Below are positions 9,920 to 24,906 of a stretch of DNA of 64,000 nucleotides, one piece after another. Position numbers and translations under genes: made by a program. The stretch is from positions 10-64,009 of the forward strand of contig JAPDFW010000029.1 of assembly GCA_028826165.1 (NCBI GenBank). The letters are read 5' to 3'. Source of the DNA: Anaeramoeba ignava BMAN (taxonomy: Eukaryota; Protista; Anaeramoebae). Below the pieces are notes generated by a model that was given only the letters and a program-made list of their open reading frames with translations, was not told where the DNA came from and did no database searches. Each line of letters starts with the position of its first letter. Within the stretch, counting starts at the first letter, position 1.

Positions 9920-12845
9920 TTATTTCAAGTAAATTTAATATCTAAATCCAAAAATTACTTTATTAACTAATTTATTATTTGTAAGTTTATTTTAATTTCC
10001 AAAAATAAATTAATAAATTAATTAATTAATTTTATTCTATTTATAATTAATATTTATTCTATTTTATTTTTATATTTATATTTATATTAGATAAAATCTT
10101 TTTTTATTTTATTTTATTTTATTTTATTTTATTTTATTTTATTCATCTTCATTTCCAAAATAAAAATAATTCCAAAAAAAATCTAAATTTATATTTATTA
10201 ATATCTATCATTATTTATAATTATAATTTATCAAAATTAATTAATGGAATTTCTTTTTTCAATTAAATTAAATTAGATTAAATTAGATTAGATTTATCTA
10301 TTATTCTAAATTATTTATCATTTTAAATTACTTTATTTATTTATTTTGTTTTTATTTTTATTTTTAAATAATAAATAAATTTTGATTTTGATTTTGGAAA
10401 ATATCATTAATTGATTAATAAATAATAAAATAAAATAAATCAATAATTTATTTCTAATTCATTTTTTGTTTTTTGTTTTTGTTTTTGTTTTTTTTTGTTT
10501 TTAATTTTTATTTTTTAAATTCCATTTTTCATTTTTCATTTTTCATTTTTTTTTCTTTTCAAAGAATATTTATAAATATAAATATAAATATAAAAATTAC
10601 CTTTAGAAAATGAAAGGAAACACCAAACACTAAAAAAATATTCAAATTCAAATTAATTTAAAAGTAAATTTAGATTATTAATTTATTTATTTATTTATTT
10701 ATTTATTTAAATTTAAAAATTTAATTTAAATTCTTATTTCAATTATAAATAATTAAATAATAAATTTAAATTTATTTTATTTTTTTTTATTTTTTTTATT
10801 TTTATTTTTTATTTTTATTTCAATTTAAAATAAAATTTAAATTAATTATTTTTTATTTTTATTTTTTTATTATTTAATTTAATTAAATTATTTTTTATTA
10901 TTTTTTTATTTTTCAATTATAAATAATTAAAAATAAATTTAAATTTAAATTATTTTATTTTATTTTATTATTAATTTTATATTTATTTTAAATTATAAAA
11001 ATTATTTTTATTATTTATTTTTATTATTAATTATTTAATTAAATATTTTTATTATTTTTATTTCAATTTTTTAATTTTAAATAATTAAATTAAATAAATT
11101 TAAATTTAAATTATTTTATTTATTTTATTTAATTTTATATTTATTTTAAATTATAAAATTATTTTTATTATTTATTTTTATTAATTATTTAATTAAATAT
11201 TTTTATTATTTTTATTTCAATTATAAATAATTAAATAATAAATTTAAATTAATTATTTTATTTCTATTATTAATTTTTATATTTTATTTTTAAATTATAA
11301 AATTATATTTTTATTATTTTATTTTTTTATTATTAATTATTTAATTAAATTATTTTTATTATTTTTATTTCAATTATAAATAATTAAATAATAAATTTAA
11401 ATTAATTATTTTATTTCTATTATTAATTTTATATTTATTTCAAATTATAAAATTATATTTTTATTATTTATTTTTATTATTAATTATTTAATTAAATATT
11501 TTTATTATTTTTATTTCAATTATAAATAATTAAATAATAAATTTAAATTAATTATTTTATTTCTATTATTTAATTTATTATTTTATTTCTATTATTTTTA
11601 TTAGGTTAAATAGGTTTTAAATTGAAAATTTTGATTAGTGCTTTTATTTTTTAAAAACAAAAAAAAAAATATTCACTTTCAAAAACATTTTAATTAATGT
11701 AATCTTTATAAAATCAAAAATCAAAAATCAAAAATGAAAAGAATTTATAATTAATTAATTAATTAATTGATTCTAAATTAATTAATACAAGATTCAAAAA
11801 TAATTAACAAAATCTTTTTAATTATTTAAAATAATCAAAAAAATCAAAAATCAAAAATAATTAATATTAATAATAATAATATTAAATTAAATTTTTCTTT
11901 CAATATCAATAATCAAAACAAAAAAACTATTCATTAACAAAATAAATTTATTAATATTAATTCTAAATTTTTAATTTTTAATTTTAATTTTAATTTACAT
12001 TTATTGAAGGAAATTTCTTATTGTTGTTATTGTTATTGTTGTTGTTGATAATTTAAAACAAAAATAACGAAAAATAAATTGATTGATTTTCAGATTGATT
12101 TTTAGATTTATTTTCAGATTTATTTTAAGATTTATTTTCAGATTTATTTTCAGATTTATTTTCAGATTTATTTTAAGATTTATTTTCAGATTGATTTTCA
12201 GATTTATTTTCAGATTTATTTTAAGATTTATTTTCAGATTTATTTTCAGATTTATTTTCAGATTTATTTTCAGATTTATTTTCAGATTTATTTTCAGATT
12301 GATTTATTTTCAGATTTATTTTCAGATTTATTTTCAGATTTATTTTCAGATTTATTTTCAGATTTATTTTCAGATTTATTTTCAGATTTATTTTAAGATT
12401 TATTTTCAGATTTATTTTCAGATTTATTTTAAGATTTATTTTCAGATTGATTTTAAGATTTATTTTCAGATTGATTTTAAGATTTATTTTCAGATTTATT
12501 TTTATTTTTAGATTTATTTTAATTTATTTTTTTAGATTTTCAGATTTATTTTAATTTATTTTAAGATTTATTTTATTTTTAAATGATTTATTTATTTTTA
12601 TTTTTTATATTTATTTTTTTTTTTATTTTAGATTTATTTTTATATTTATTTTTTTTTAAATTTTATTTATTTTTTTTATTTATATTTTAAATTTATATTT
12701 TATATTAATTTATTTATATTTATATTTATATTTATATTTATATTTATATATATTTATATTTATTTATATTTATATTTATATTTATATTTTATATTTCTAT
12801 TAAATAAATTAAAAAAAAGAAATGATTTTTATTTATTTATTTGTT
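9920..12845. repeat. Segmental duplication copy B, with an expanded internal ~150-bp subrepeat (10735-11590)
   Basis: See copy A. CAATTATAAATAATTAAATAATAAATTTAAA recurs at ~10740, 10915, 11218, 11371, 11517 (variant ~11064), versus ~2-3 copies in copy A. Confidence 0.88.
12081..12575. repeat. 12-bp minisatellite (CAGATTTATTTT)n, ~40 units
   Basis: Directly visible; decays at its right edge. Confidence 0.97.
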
Positions 12846-15150
12846 AAATTTAGATTACATATTAATATAAATATTTATATTAATAATTAATTAATATTTA
12901 ATAAATATTTTATTTATATTCATTATTTATAATTAATATTTATATCTATTTATTATATTTAATTTATTTATTCAATTTATTTTAAATATGATTAATTTAA
13001 TTTTATTTTAATTTTTAATTTGTTAAATTTAGATTACAAATTAATATAAATATTTATATTAATAATTAATTAATAATTAATAAATATTTTATTTATATTC
13101 ATTATTTATAATTAATATTTATATCTATTTATTATATTTAATTTATTTATTCATTTTATTTTAAAAATATGATTTAATTTAATTTTTTATTTTAATTTTT
13201 AATTTGTTAAATTTAGATTACAAATTAATATAAATATTTATATTTATATTTAATTAATAATTTTATAAATATTTTATTTATATTCATTATTTATAATTAA
13301 TATTTATATTTATTTATTTTTATATTTAATTTTTTTCAATTTATTTTTAAATATGATTAATTTAATTTTATTTTAATTTTTAATTTGTTAAATTTAGATT
13401 ACAAATTAATATAAATATTTATATTAATAATTAATTAATAATTTAATAAATATTTTTATTTATATTCATTATTTATAATTAATATTTATATCTATTTATT
13501 ATATTTAATTAATTTATTAAATTTATTTTTAAATATGATTAATTTAATTTTATTTTAATTTTTAATTTGTTAAATTTAGATTACAAATTAATATAAATAT
13601 TTATATTAATAATTTAATTAATAATTTAATAAATATTTTATTTATATTCATTATTTATAATTAATATTTATATCTATTTATTATATTTAATTAATTTATT
13701 CAATTTATTTTAAATATAATTAATTTAATAATTTTGAAATAAAATTATTAAAAACAAAAACAAAAACAAAAAGGAAATAATTGAACTTAATGAATTTTTT
13801 AATTAAAAATAAAAAGGAGAAAAAATAAAATAAAAAGGAGAAAAATAAAAAGGATAAAAAGAGAAAATAATTATTTTTCCCTTTTTATTTATTTTTAATT
13901 TAAAATTTAATTAAATTTTTTTTAATTAATTTTTTATTTAAAATTTAAATTAATATTTAATTATAAATTATTGGAAAAATCAATCTAAAAATATTAAATA
14001 TAAATAATTATTATTAATATTTATTATATTTATTATATTTAATTTAATTATATATTTTATTTTTTAATTTAATTTTATTTTTATTTTTAATTTGATAAAT
14101 TTAGATTACAAATTAATATAAATATTTATATTAGTAATTAATTAATAATTTATAAATATTTTATTTATATTCATTATTTATAATTAATATTTATATCTAT
14201 TTATTATATTTAATTTATTTATTCATTTTATTTTTAAATATGATTAATTTAATTTTATTTTTAATTTTTAATTTTTTAAATTTGTTAATATAAAATTTAA
14301 TATAAATTTTATATTAATTTTTATTAATAATTAATATTTTTATTTATATTTATTATTTTATTTAATTATTATTTAATATTTATATATATTTATTATATTT
14401 AATTTATTTATTAAATTTTATTTTAAATATGATTAATTTAATTTTATTTTGATTTTTAATTTGTTAAATTTAGATTACAAATTAATATAAATATTTATAT
14501 TATATTTAATTAATTAATTAATATTTTATTTATATTCATTATTTATAATTAATATTTATATCTATTTATTATATTTAATTTATTTATTCATTTTATTTTT
14601 AAATATGATTAATTTAATTTTATTTTAATTTTTAATTTGATAAATTTAGATTTATACATATTAATATAAATATTATTTATATTAATTAATTAATAATTAA
14701 TAAATATTTTATTTATATTCATTATTTATAATTAATATTTATATCTATTTATTATATTTAATTTATTTATTAAATTTTATTTTAAAATATGAATTTAATT
14801 TAATTTTAATTTTTAATTTTTTTAATTTGTTAAATTTAGATTACAAATTAATATAAATATTTATATTAATAATTAATTAATATTTTATTAATAAATATTT
14901 TATTTATATTCATTATTTATAATTAATATTTATATCTATTTATTATATTTAATTAATTTATTAAATTTATTTTAAATATAATTAATTTAATTTTATTTTA
15001 ATTTTTAATTTGATAAATTTAGATTGTAAATTAATATAAATATTTATATTAATAATTAATTAATAATTTAATAAATATTTTATTTATATTCATTATTTAT
15101 AATTAATATTTATATCTATTTATTATATTTAATTTATTTATTAAATTTAA
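12840..15150. repeat. ~180-bp tandem repeat (~11 units), interrupted at ~13735-14000 by a purine-rich insert
   Basis: TTGTTAAATTTAGATTACAAATTAATATAAATATTTATATT marker (TAGATTAC) at ~12851, 13030, 13214, 13395, 13577, 14102, 14471, 14647, 14837, 15020, plus a degraded unit near 14281. Confidence 0.92.
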
Positions 15151-17739
15151 ATTTAATAGGATAATCAATCAAAAAAATGAAAAATGAAAAAAAAAATAAA
15201 ATTAAATGTTTTAAGAGAATAAATCTGAATTAATTTTCTTGATGATTGTATATATTAATTTCTTTTGTTATGAGATTTATTGTTATTTAAGATTAAAAAA
15301 AAATGGGATTTGATTGTAAAATTTTTTTTTCTAGTTTGTAATCAGAATAAAATAACATTTTCAACAACAAAAACAAAAACAAAAACAAAAACTTTGAAAC
15401 AATAAAAAAGACAGAAACAATTCAAAATAAACAAAGAAAAAACTTTGAAAAAATAAAAAATATATTCTCACATTCAAACAAGTTTTCAGGAAATCAAAAT
15501 AAAAAGAAAAATCAAAAAAAAAAATATCCAATCAAGAAAAAAGAGAGAAATATTTCCTAAAAGGATTAAAACAGATCAGTTAAATTTCATTTCTTTATTG
15601 AGGATAATGGAATAAATGAAATTTTTTTTTTCAAATTTTTGATTTTAAATTAAATATAATTTTTGATTCTTAATAAGGGTTTAGTTGAGAGAAAAACAAA
15701 TTAATTTGCAAAAAAAAAATGAATGAATCTAATAAAAATGAAAGAGAAGGGAAAAAAAATAATTTTAATTTATTCAATTTAAAAAAAAAACACATTTTAT
15801 TGATTTGATTAATTTACTCAATTTTTTCTTTTTTTTTTTCTTGATTTTTGATTTTTTTTCTTTTTTCCGCAAAATGAGTTTTGAATTGAAGAGAAAAAAA
15901 AAGTGATTATTTGCAATTTTAGATAAAATTTATTGAATCAAGTTTATTCAAATATGTATTCAAATTTTTTAAAAAATATTTATAACTCACAAATGTATTG
16001 AATATATATAATTTATTCAAATTTAGATTATAAATTTATATCTAATTAATAATTTATTAATATTCATTATTTATAATAAATATTAATTTCTATTTAATAT
16101 ATTTAATTTAATATTATTTATTTATTTATTTATTAATTTCATTCTATTTTAAATATAATTTATTTAATAATTTTATTATTTTTAATTTTAATTTTTATTT
16201 TTAATAACAAATTCAATCAAATAATAATTTACAAAAATTTAATATTTGCAAATTATTTAATAAAATATTTTTATCATTTAATTTTTTTTTAATTGATTTT
16301 TATGATTTTGTATTGATATTATTTGAAAATATATAAATATAAATATAAATATAAATTTTATTAAATTTTATTTTCTATTTTTGAAATAATGAATTAACAT
16401 TTATTTCTTTTCATTTATTATTATTATCATTTTCAATCCAAAAAAAATAAAATAAAAATATAAAAATATGAATAAAAAATATATAAATAAAAATATATTT
16501 TATTAATTAAATATTTTTTTTTGATTTGATTTTCTAATTCTTTTCCATTTTTTTTTTGGAATAATTAATATTTCTTTTATTCAAAATTTCATTTTAATTT
16601 CAATTCATATTTATATTTTATTTATAAATAAATAAATAAATAAATATTTTTGATTTAATTCATTTTAATTTATTTTTTTTTATGAATTTAGGAAAATAAA
16701 AATATATAAATTTGAAATGAAAAATAATAAATCAAAAATGAATATATAATTAATAAATATATAATAATAAATATCAATTCAAAATATATATAATATAAAA
16801 TGTTTAAAAAATAAAAAATAAATTTTTAAAAGTAGAAATCAAAATAAATAATATTTTTTTTATCAACTTTATTTCAATTTATATAAATATAAATCAAAAA
16901 AAAAATCAAAAATTTATTCCAATTTATATATTTCAATAATAAATATTAAATCAAAAATATATTTTATTAATTAAATATTCTTTTTTTTTATTTGATTTGA
17001 TTTTCTAATTCTAATTCTTTTCCATTTTTTTTTTGGAATAATTAATATTTCTTTTATTCAAAATTTCATTTTAATTTCAAACAAATAAATCAATAAAATA
17101 AATAAAAATAAAATAATATTTGAATTAATAATAAAATAAAAAATGAATATTAATTATATTATATAAATATAATGAATGAATATATAATTAATAAATATAT
17201 AATAATAAATATCAATTCAAAATATATATAATGTAAAATGTTTAAAAAATAAAAATAAATTTTTAAAAGTATAAATCAAAATAAATAATATTTTTTTTAT
17301 CAACTTTATTTCAATTTATATAAATATAAATCAAAAAAAAAATAAAAAAAAATCAAATTTTATTCTAATTTATATATTTTAAACATTTTTCAATAATAAA
17401 TATTAAATCAAAATATATATTCAAAATTAATATAATAATGGAATCAAATTTATTATCAATATTATATTAATAAATAATATAATAAATATAATATAAGAAT
17501 AATAAATATATTAATAAAAATATATTTTATTAAATATTCTTTTTTTTGGATTTGATTTTTTATTTTGTAATTCTTTTTATATTTTTTAGAATAATTATTT
17601 ATTTATTTTCATTTATTATTTTATTCAAAATTTTCATTTTTAATTTCATTTACAATTTAATTTTATTTTTTAAATTAATTTATTTTCAATTTTAAATTTA
17701 ATTTTCATTTTTTTATAATTTAAATATTTATATATATAA

Positions 17740-19430
17740 TTAATCAATTTCCAATTTATTTATAATTTATATTCAAAAATAAAAATCAATTTCTCTATCT
17801 ATATAAAATATATAAATTTAATTTTCAATTTATTTATAATTTAAATTAAAAATAAAAAAATCAATTTATTTATATATATTATAAACAAATTTATAATAAA
17901 ATAATTAATTAATTTAATTTTCCAATTTATTTATAATTTATATTCAAAAATAAAAAATCAATTTCTCTCTATATATAAAATATATAAATTTAATTTTCAA
18001 TTTATTTATAATTTAAATTAAAAATAAAAATCAATTTATTTATATATATTATAAACAAATTTATAACAAAATAATTAATTAATTTAATTTTCAATTTATT
18101 TATAATTTATATTCAAAAAATAAAAAATCAATTTCTCTCTATATATAAAATATATAAATTTAATTTTCAATTTATTTATAATTTAAATTAAAAATAAAAA
18201 AATCAATTTATTTATATATATTATAAACAAATTTATAACAAAATAATTAATTAATTTAATTTTCAATTTATTTATAATTTATATTCAAAAAATAAAAAAT
18301 CAATTTCTCTCTATATATATAAAAAATATAAATTCAATTTTTCAATTTATTTTATAATTTTAAATTAAAAAAATAAAAAAAATCAATTTATTTATATATA
18401 TTATAAACAAATTTATAACAAAGTAATTAATTAATTTAATTTCCAAATTTTATTTTATTAAAATTCAAAAATAAAAAAATCAATTTCTCTCTATATATAA
18501 AATATATAAATTTAATTTTTCAATTTATTTATAATTTAAATTTAAAAATAAAAAAAATCAATTTATTTATATATATTATAAACAAATTTATAACAAAATA
18601 ATAATTAATTTAATTTCCAATTTATTTATAATTTATATTCAAAAAATAAAAAATCAATTTCTCTCTATATATAAAATATATAAATTTAATTTTCAATTTA
18701 TTTATAATTTAAATTAAAAATAAAAAAATCAATTTATTTATATATATTATAAACAAATTTTAACAAAAATAATTTAAATTAATTTTCAATTTATTTATAA
18801 TTTATATTCAAAAATAAAAATCAATTTTCTCTATTATATTATATAAATTTATTTTCAATTTATTTATAATTTAAATTAAAAATAAAAATCAATTTATTTA
18901 TAATATATATAAACAAATTTATAACAAAATAATTTATCAATTTAATTTCCAATTTATTTATAATTTATATTCAAAAAATAAAAAAATCAATTTCTCTCTA
19001 TATATAAAATATATAAATTTAATTTTCAATTTATTTATAATTTAAAAATAAAAAAATCAATTTATTTATATATATTATCAAATTTATTTATAAAATTCAA
19101 AAATAATTAATTTATATAATTTATTAAATTTATATATATTATCAAATTTATAATTTATAATTTATATTCAAAAATAAAAAATCAATTTCTCTCTATATAT
19201 AAAATATATAAATTTATTTTTCAATTTATTTATAATTTAAATTTAAAAATAAAAAATTTATATATATTAATTTAATTTTCAATTTATTTAATTTTTCAAA
19301 AATAAAAATTTAATTTTCAATTTAATTTAAATTTGATTTAATTTAATTTTAAACAAATTTATTAATTTAATTTTCAATTTATTTATAATTTATATTCAAA
19401 AATAAAAATTTTTCTATATATAAAAATATA
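17740..19430. repeat. ~170-bp tandem repeat, array 3 (~9-10 units)
   Basis: CAATTTCTCT marker at ~17788, 17960, 18130, 18302, 18482, 18656, 18823, 18989, 19184. Confidence 0.93.
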
Positions 19431-20339
19431 AATTTTCAATTTTTAAATTTAATTTTGAAAATTTTAATTTAATTTGAATTTTAATTTGAATTTTTTAAAT
19501 TTAATTTAAAATTTTTTTATTTTATTTAATTTTTATTTTTAAAAAAATTTAATAAAATTTTTAATTTAATTTATTTTATTTTCATTTTATTTTGTGTGTA
19601 AATAAATTTTGAAAAAATCAAAAAAATAAAATTAATAAAATAAATAAAAAATAAATTTTGAAAATAATAATTGAATTATTAATAAAATAAAAAATATTAG
19701 AATTAATTAATTAATTAATTATAAATCAAAATTTATTATTATTAATTATTAAAATAAATAAATTTGAAATGAAAAATAATAAATAAAAAATGAATATTAA
19801 TTATATTATATAAATATAATAAATGAATATATAATTAATAAATATATAATAATAAATATCAATTCAAAATATATGTAATGTAAAATGTTTAAAAAATAAA
19901 AATAAATTTTTAAAAGTATAAATCAAAATAAATAATATTTTTTTTATCAACTTTATTTCAATTTATATAAATATAAATCAAAAAAAAATAAAAAAAATCA
20001 AATTTTATTCTAATTTATATATTTTAAACATTTTTCAATAATAAATATTAAATCAAAATATATATTCAAAATTAATATAATAATGGAATCAAATTTATTA
20101 TCAATATTATATTAATAAATAATATAATAAATATAATATCAGAATAATAAATATATTAATAAAAATATATTTTATTAAATATTCTTTTTTTGGATTTGAT
20201 TTTTATTTTGTAATTCTTTTTATATTTTTTAGAATAATTATTTATTTATTTTCATTTATTATTTTATTCAAAATTTCATTTTAATTTCATTTACAATTTA
20301 ATTTATTTTTTTAAAATTTAATTTTAATTTAATTTTCAT

Positions 20340-21080
20340 TTTCATTTCATTTTCATTTCAATTTAATTTAGATTTGAATTATAAAATAAATGAAATTAAA
20401 TAAAATTAATAATTAATTAATATTAAATAAATATTCTATTTATATTCATTATTATTATTAATAACTATTTATATATCTATTCATTTTATTTGATTTATTT
20501 ATTTGATTTATTTATTTATTTATTCATCTCATTTTAAATTAATTTATTGAAAATTTTGTAACAAAAATAAATAAATAAATAAATAAAAGATATTTTGAAT
20601 TTAAATTAATCAAAAATACAATTAAAAGTTGTTTAATTTAAAATTTAATTTATTAAAATTTAAATTTAATTTGATAAAAAAAGTATTTTTGAAATGGAGA
20701 AAATAAAATTATAAATTAAAAAGGAGAAAAGATAAAAAGTATTTTTTTAAAAAGATAAAAAGTATTTTTTTGAAATGGAGAAAATATATAAAAATAAAAG
20801 GAGAAAAAAAATAAATATAAAATTGATAATTGTTTTAATTATTTTTATTTCTTTATTATTTTATTATTTTATTATTTTATTATTCTTTTATCAAAAATAT
20901 AAATAATATTTATAAATAATAATTTAATTTTAATTTCAAAAAAATAATCAATCTATAAAATATTAAATAATAATTAATATTAATATTAATTCAATTATAT
21001 TCAATTTTCAACTTAAAATTTAATTTAATTTAATTTTCAATTCAATTTCAATTTATATTTTGTAAACAATTTAATAAATA
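20340..21080. repeat. Purine-rich cassette 'P' (further copies ~29100-29850, 30640-31460, 40390-41120)
   Basis: GAAATGGAGAAAATAAAATTATAAATTAAAAAGGAGAAAA...GATAAAAAGTATTTTT...GAAATGGAGAAAATAT...AAGGAGAAAAAA is internally duplicated and preceded by a variable-length (AATTT)n tract. Confidence 0.9.
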
Positions 21081-21904
21081 TTTTTAATTGTAATTTATTT
21101 TATTTTCATTTTATTTTTGTGTGTAAATGAATTTTGAAAAAATCAAAAAAAATAAAATTAATAAAATAAATAAAAATAAATTTTGAAAATAATAATTGAA
21201 TTATTAATAAAATAAAAAATATTAGAATTAATTAATTAATTAATTATAAATCAAAAATTTATTATTATTAATTATTAAAATAAATAAATTTGAAATGAAA
21301 AATAATAAATAAAAATGAATATTAATTATATTATATAAATATAATAAATGAATATATAATTAATAAATATATAATAATAAATATCAATTCAAAATATATG
21401 TAATGTAAAATGTTTAAAAATAAAAATAAATTTTTAAAAGTATAAATCAAAATAAATAATATTTTTTTTTATCAACTTTAATTTCAATTTATATAAATAT
21501 AAATCAAAAAAAAATAAAAAAAATCAAATTTTATTCTAATTTATATATTTTAAACATTTTCAATAATAAATATTAAATCAAAATATATATTCAAAATTAA
21601 TATAATAATGGAATCAAATTTATTATCAATATTATATTAATAAATAATATAATAAATATAATATCAGAATAATAAATATATTAATAAAAATATATTTTAT
21701 TAAATATTCTTTTTTTGGATTTGATTTTTATTTTGAATTTAATTTGATTTGAATTTAATTTGAATTTAATTTGATTTGAATTTGATTTGAATTAATTTAA
21801 ATTTTCAATTTAGATTACAATCAACTTTACATAATAAATAAAAAAAAAAATCAATCAATATTCATATCTGATTTTTATTTTGATTTTTCTTATTATTTTT
21901 ATTT

Positions 21905-23230
21905 TGAATTCAATTTACAATTAAATTAAATAAATAATTCAATTTACAATTAAATTAATAAATAAATTCAATTTACAATTAAATTAATAAATAAATTCAA
22001 TTTACAATTAAAATTTTAAATTAAATTCATTTTACAATTAAATTAAATAAATTAATTCAATTTAAATTAAATTAAATAATTAAATTTTAATTTAAATTAA
22101 ATTAAATTAAATAAATATAAATTCAATTTAAAATTAAATAAATTAAATAATTCAAATTTACAATTAAATTAAATTAAATAAATTAATTAAATTTTATTCA
22201 ATTAAATAAATAAATAATTCAATTTACAATTAAAATCAATAAATAATTCAATTTACAATTAAATCAATAAATAATTCAATTTACAATTAAATTAAATAAA
22301 TAATTCAATTTACAATTAAATTAAAATAATTCAATTTACAATTAAATTAAATAAATTAAATTCAATTTACAATTAAATTAAATAAATTCAATTCAATTTA
22401 CAATTAAATTAAATAAATTCAATTCAATTCAATTAAATAAAAAAATAAATTCAAATAAATTTACAATTAAATTAAATAAATAATTCAATTTACAATTAAA
22501 TTAAATAAATAATTCAATTTACAATTAAATTAAATAAATTCAATTTACAATTAAATTAAATAAATTCAATTTACAATTAAATCAAAAATTAAATTAATTT
22601 TACAATTAAATTAAATAAATTAAATTCAATTTACAATTAAATCAAATAAATAATTCAATTTACAATTAAATTAAATAAAAATTCAATTTACAATTAAATT
22701 AAATAAATTAAATTCAATTTACAATTAAATTAAATAAATTAAATTCAATTTACAATTAAATTAAATAAATTAAATTCAATTTACAATTAAATTAAAATAA
22801 ATAATTCAATTTACAATTAAATTAAATAAATATATAATTCAATTTACAATTAAATTAAATAATTAATTCAATTTACAATTAAATTAAATAAATAAATTCA
22901 ATTTACAATTAAATTAAATAAATAATTCAATTTACAATTAAATTAAAATAAATAATTTCAATTTTACAATTAAATTAAATAAAAATAAATTCAATTTACA
23001 ATTAAATTAAATAAATTAATTCAATTTACAATTAAATTAAATAAATAAATTCAATTTACAATTAAATTAAATAAATAAATTCAATTTACAATTCAATTTA
23101 CAATTAAATTAAATAAATTCAATTTACAATTAAATTAAATAAATAATTAATTCAATTTACAATTAAATTAAATAAATTCAATTTATAATTAAATTAAATA
23201 AATTCAATTTACAATTAAATCAAATTAAAT
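21905..23230. repeat. Satellite S array 1: TTCAATTTACAATTAAA core plus a variable A/T linker (unit ~22-35 bp)
   Basis: The 17-bp core is repeated throughout; the + strand is essentially G-free. Confidence 0.95.
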
Positions 23231-24593
23231 TACATTTTATTTTCATTTTATTTATTTATTAACAAAACTGATTTATATTCAAACAGTTATTTTTCAATTT
23301 AATTTCAATTTTATTTGATTTTCATTGATTTATTTTGATTTTCAATTATTTTGAATTAAAACAGAACAAAAAGTAAATCAATATTGAATAAAGTTATTTT
23401 ATTATATTTTTTATTCAATTTAATATAAAACAAGTATTTCACTTCAATTATAAAACAAAATTGAAGTATATTTTGAATTAATTTACAATAGAATTCTATT
23501 TGATTTACATTTATTTCAATTCAAATTTATGTTCAATTTCAATTATAGTTATTTTATAAAGGAAATAAAAAGGAAATTAAAATGGGGTTGGGGTTGAAGG
23601 AGCATAAGGGGATTAATAATAATTTATTCATAATTTATTCATAATTTAATTTATTTTTTATTTTTATTTTTAATTTATGTTTTTAATTTTGAAATTTATT
23701 TTTATATTTGATATATATATTTTTAGTATTTTGTAAATTAAAATATTTATAAATAAATATTTATTTTAATTTAATTTAATTTAATTTAATTTAATTTAAT
23801 TTTGTTTTTTATTAATTTAGAATTAATAATCAATTTTTAAAATATAATATATATTTTATCTTCTTTTTCTTCTTCTTCTTCTATTTATTTATTTATTTAT
23901 TTGCAATTTCATTTTCAATTTAATTTTAATTTTACAATTTCAATTTCATTTTCCAATTTAATTTCTATTTTCATTTTAATTTTCAATTTAATTTAATTTA
24001 ATTTTAATTCAATTTAATTCATATTTTATATTTTATAAATTAAATAAATAAAATATTTTTAATTGTAATTTATTTTATTTTCATTTTATTTTTGTGTGTA
24101 AATAAATTTTGAAAAAATCAAAAAAAATAAAAATAATAAAATAAATAAAAATAAATTTTGAAAATAATAATTGAATTATTAATAAAATAAAAAATATTAG
24201 AATTAATTAATTAATTAATTATAAATCAAAATTTATTATTATTAATTATTAAAATAAATAAATTTGAAATGAAAAATAATAAATAAAAATGAATATTAAT
24301 TATATTATATAAATATAATAAATGAATATATAATTAATAAATATATAATAATAAATATCAATCCAAAATATATATAATGTAAAATGTTTAAAAATAAAAA
24401 TAAATTTTTAAAAGTATAAATCAAAATAAATAATATTTTTTTTATCAACTTTATTTCAATTTATATAAATATAAATCAAAAAAAAATAAAAAAAATCAAA
24501 TTTTATTCTAATTTATATATTTTAAACATTTTTCAATAAAAATAAAAGAAAATAAAATTCAAAAGAAAATAAATTAATAAATTAATAAAAAAA

Positions 24594-24906
24594 GTGAATA
24601 GTACACAAAATATAGGGTTGTCAAATTCTTTTTATTCGAAATGTCTTGTATGTAATTTTTGGAATTCTTTTTGAGATTTGTCAAACAAGTCTTTCATATG
24701 GATTTATTTATTTGTTTATTCGAAAGGAATCCTTTCTCATTAAATAAATCCTATTCGGATTTGTTTGACAAATTTCAGTTTTCAAATCACCTCGGTTAAG
24801 TAATTTACCCCCTTTCACTAGTTCTCCCCCGTTCCCCCTCACTAATATGTGTTTGTAAGTGATATACTTACCTCTTTATATCTTGAAAATGGGTTGAAAA
24901 TGGAGA
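24594..24906. ncRNA. Hairpin island H, copy 1 (5' part degraded)
   Basis: Invariant 102-nt core at 24672-24773; 3' C-rich tract and GTAAGT-gatat-ACTTAC present. The ncRNA status is inferred. Confidence 0.4.

Noticed and set aside
8297-12511. ORFs with FQIY/FRFI repeats and low-complexity F/Y/K ORFs (8297, 8325, 8590, 9142, 12083)
   Set aside because: Stop-free by-products of 12-bp and A/T repeats, open in several frames at once.
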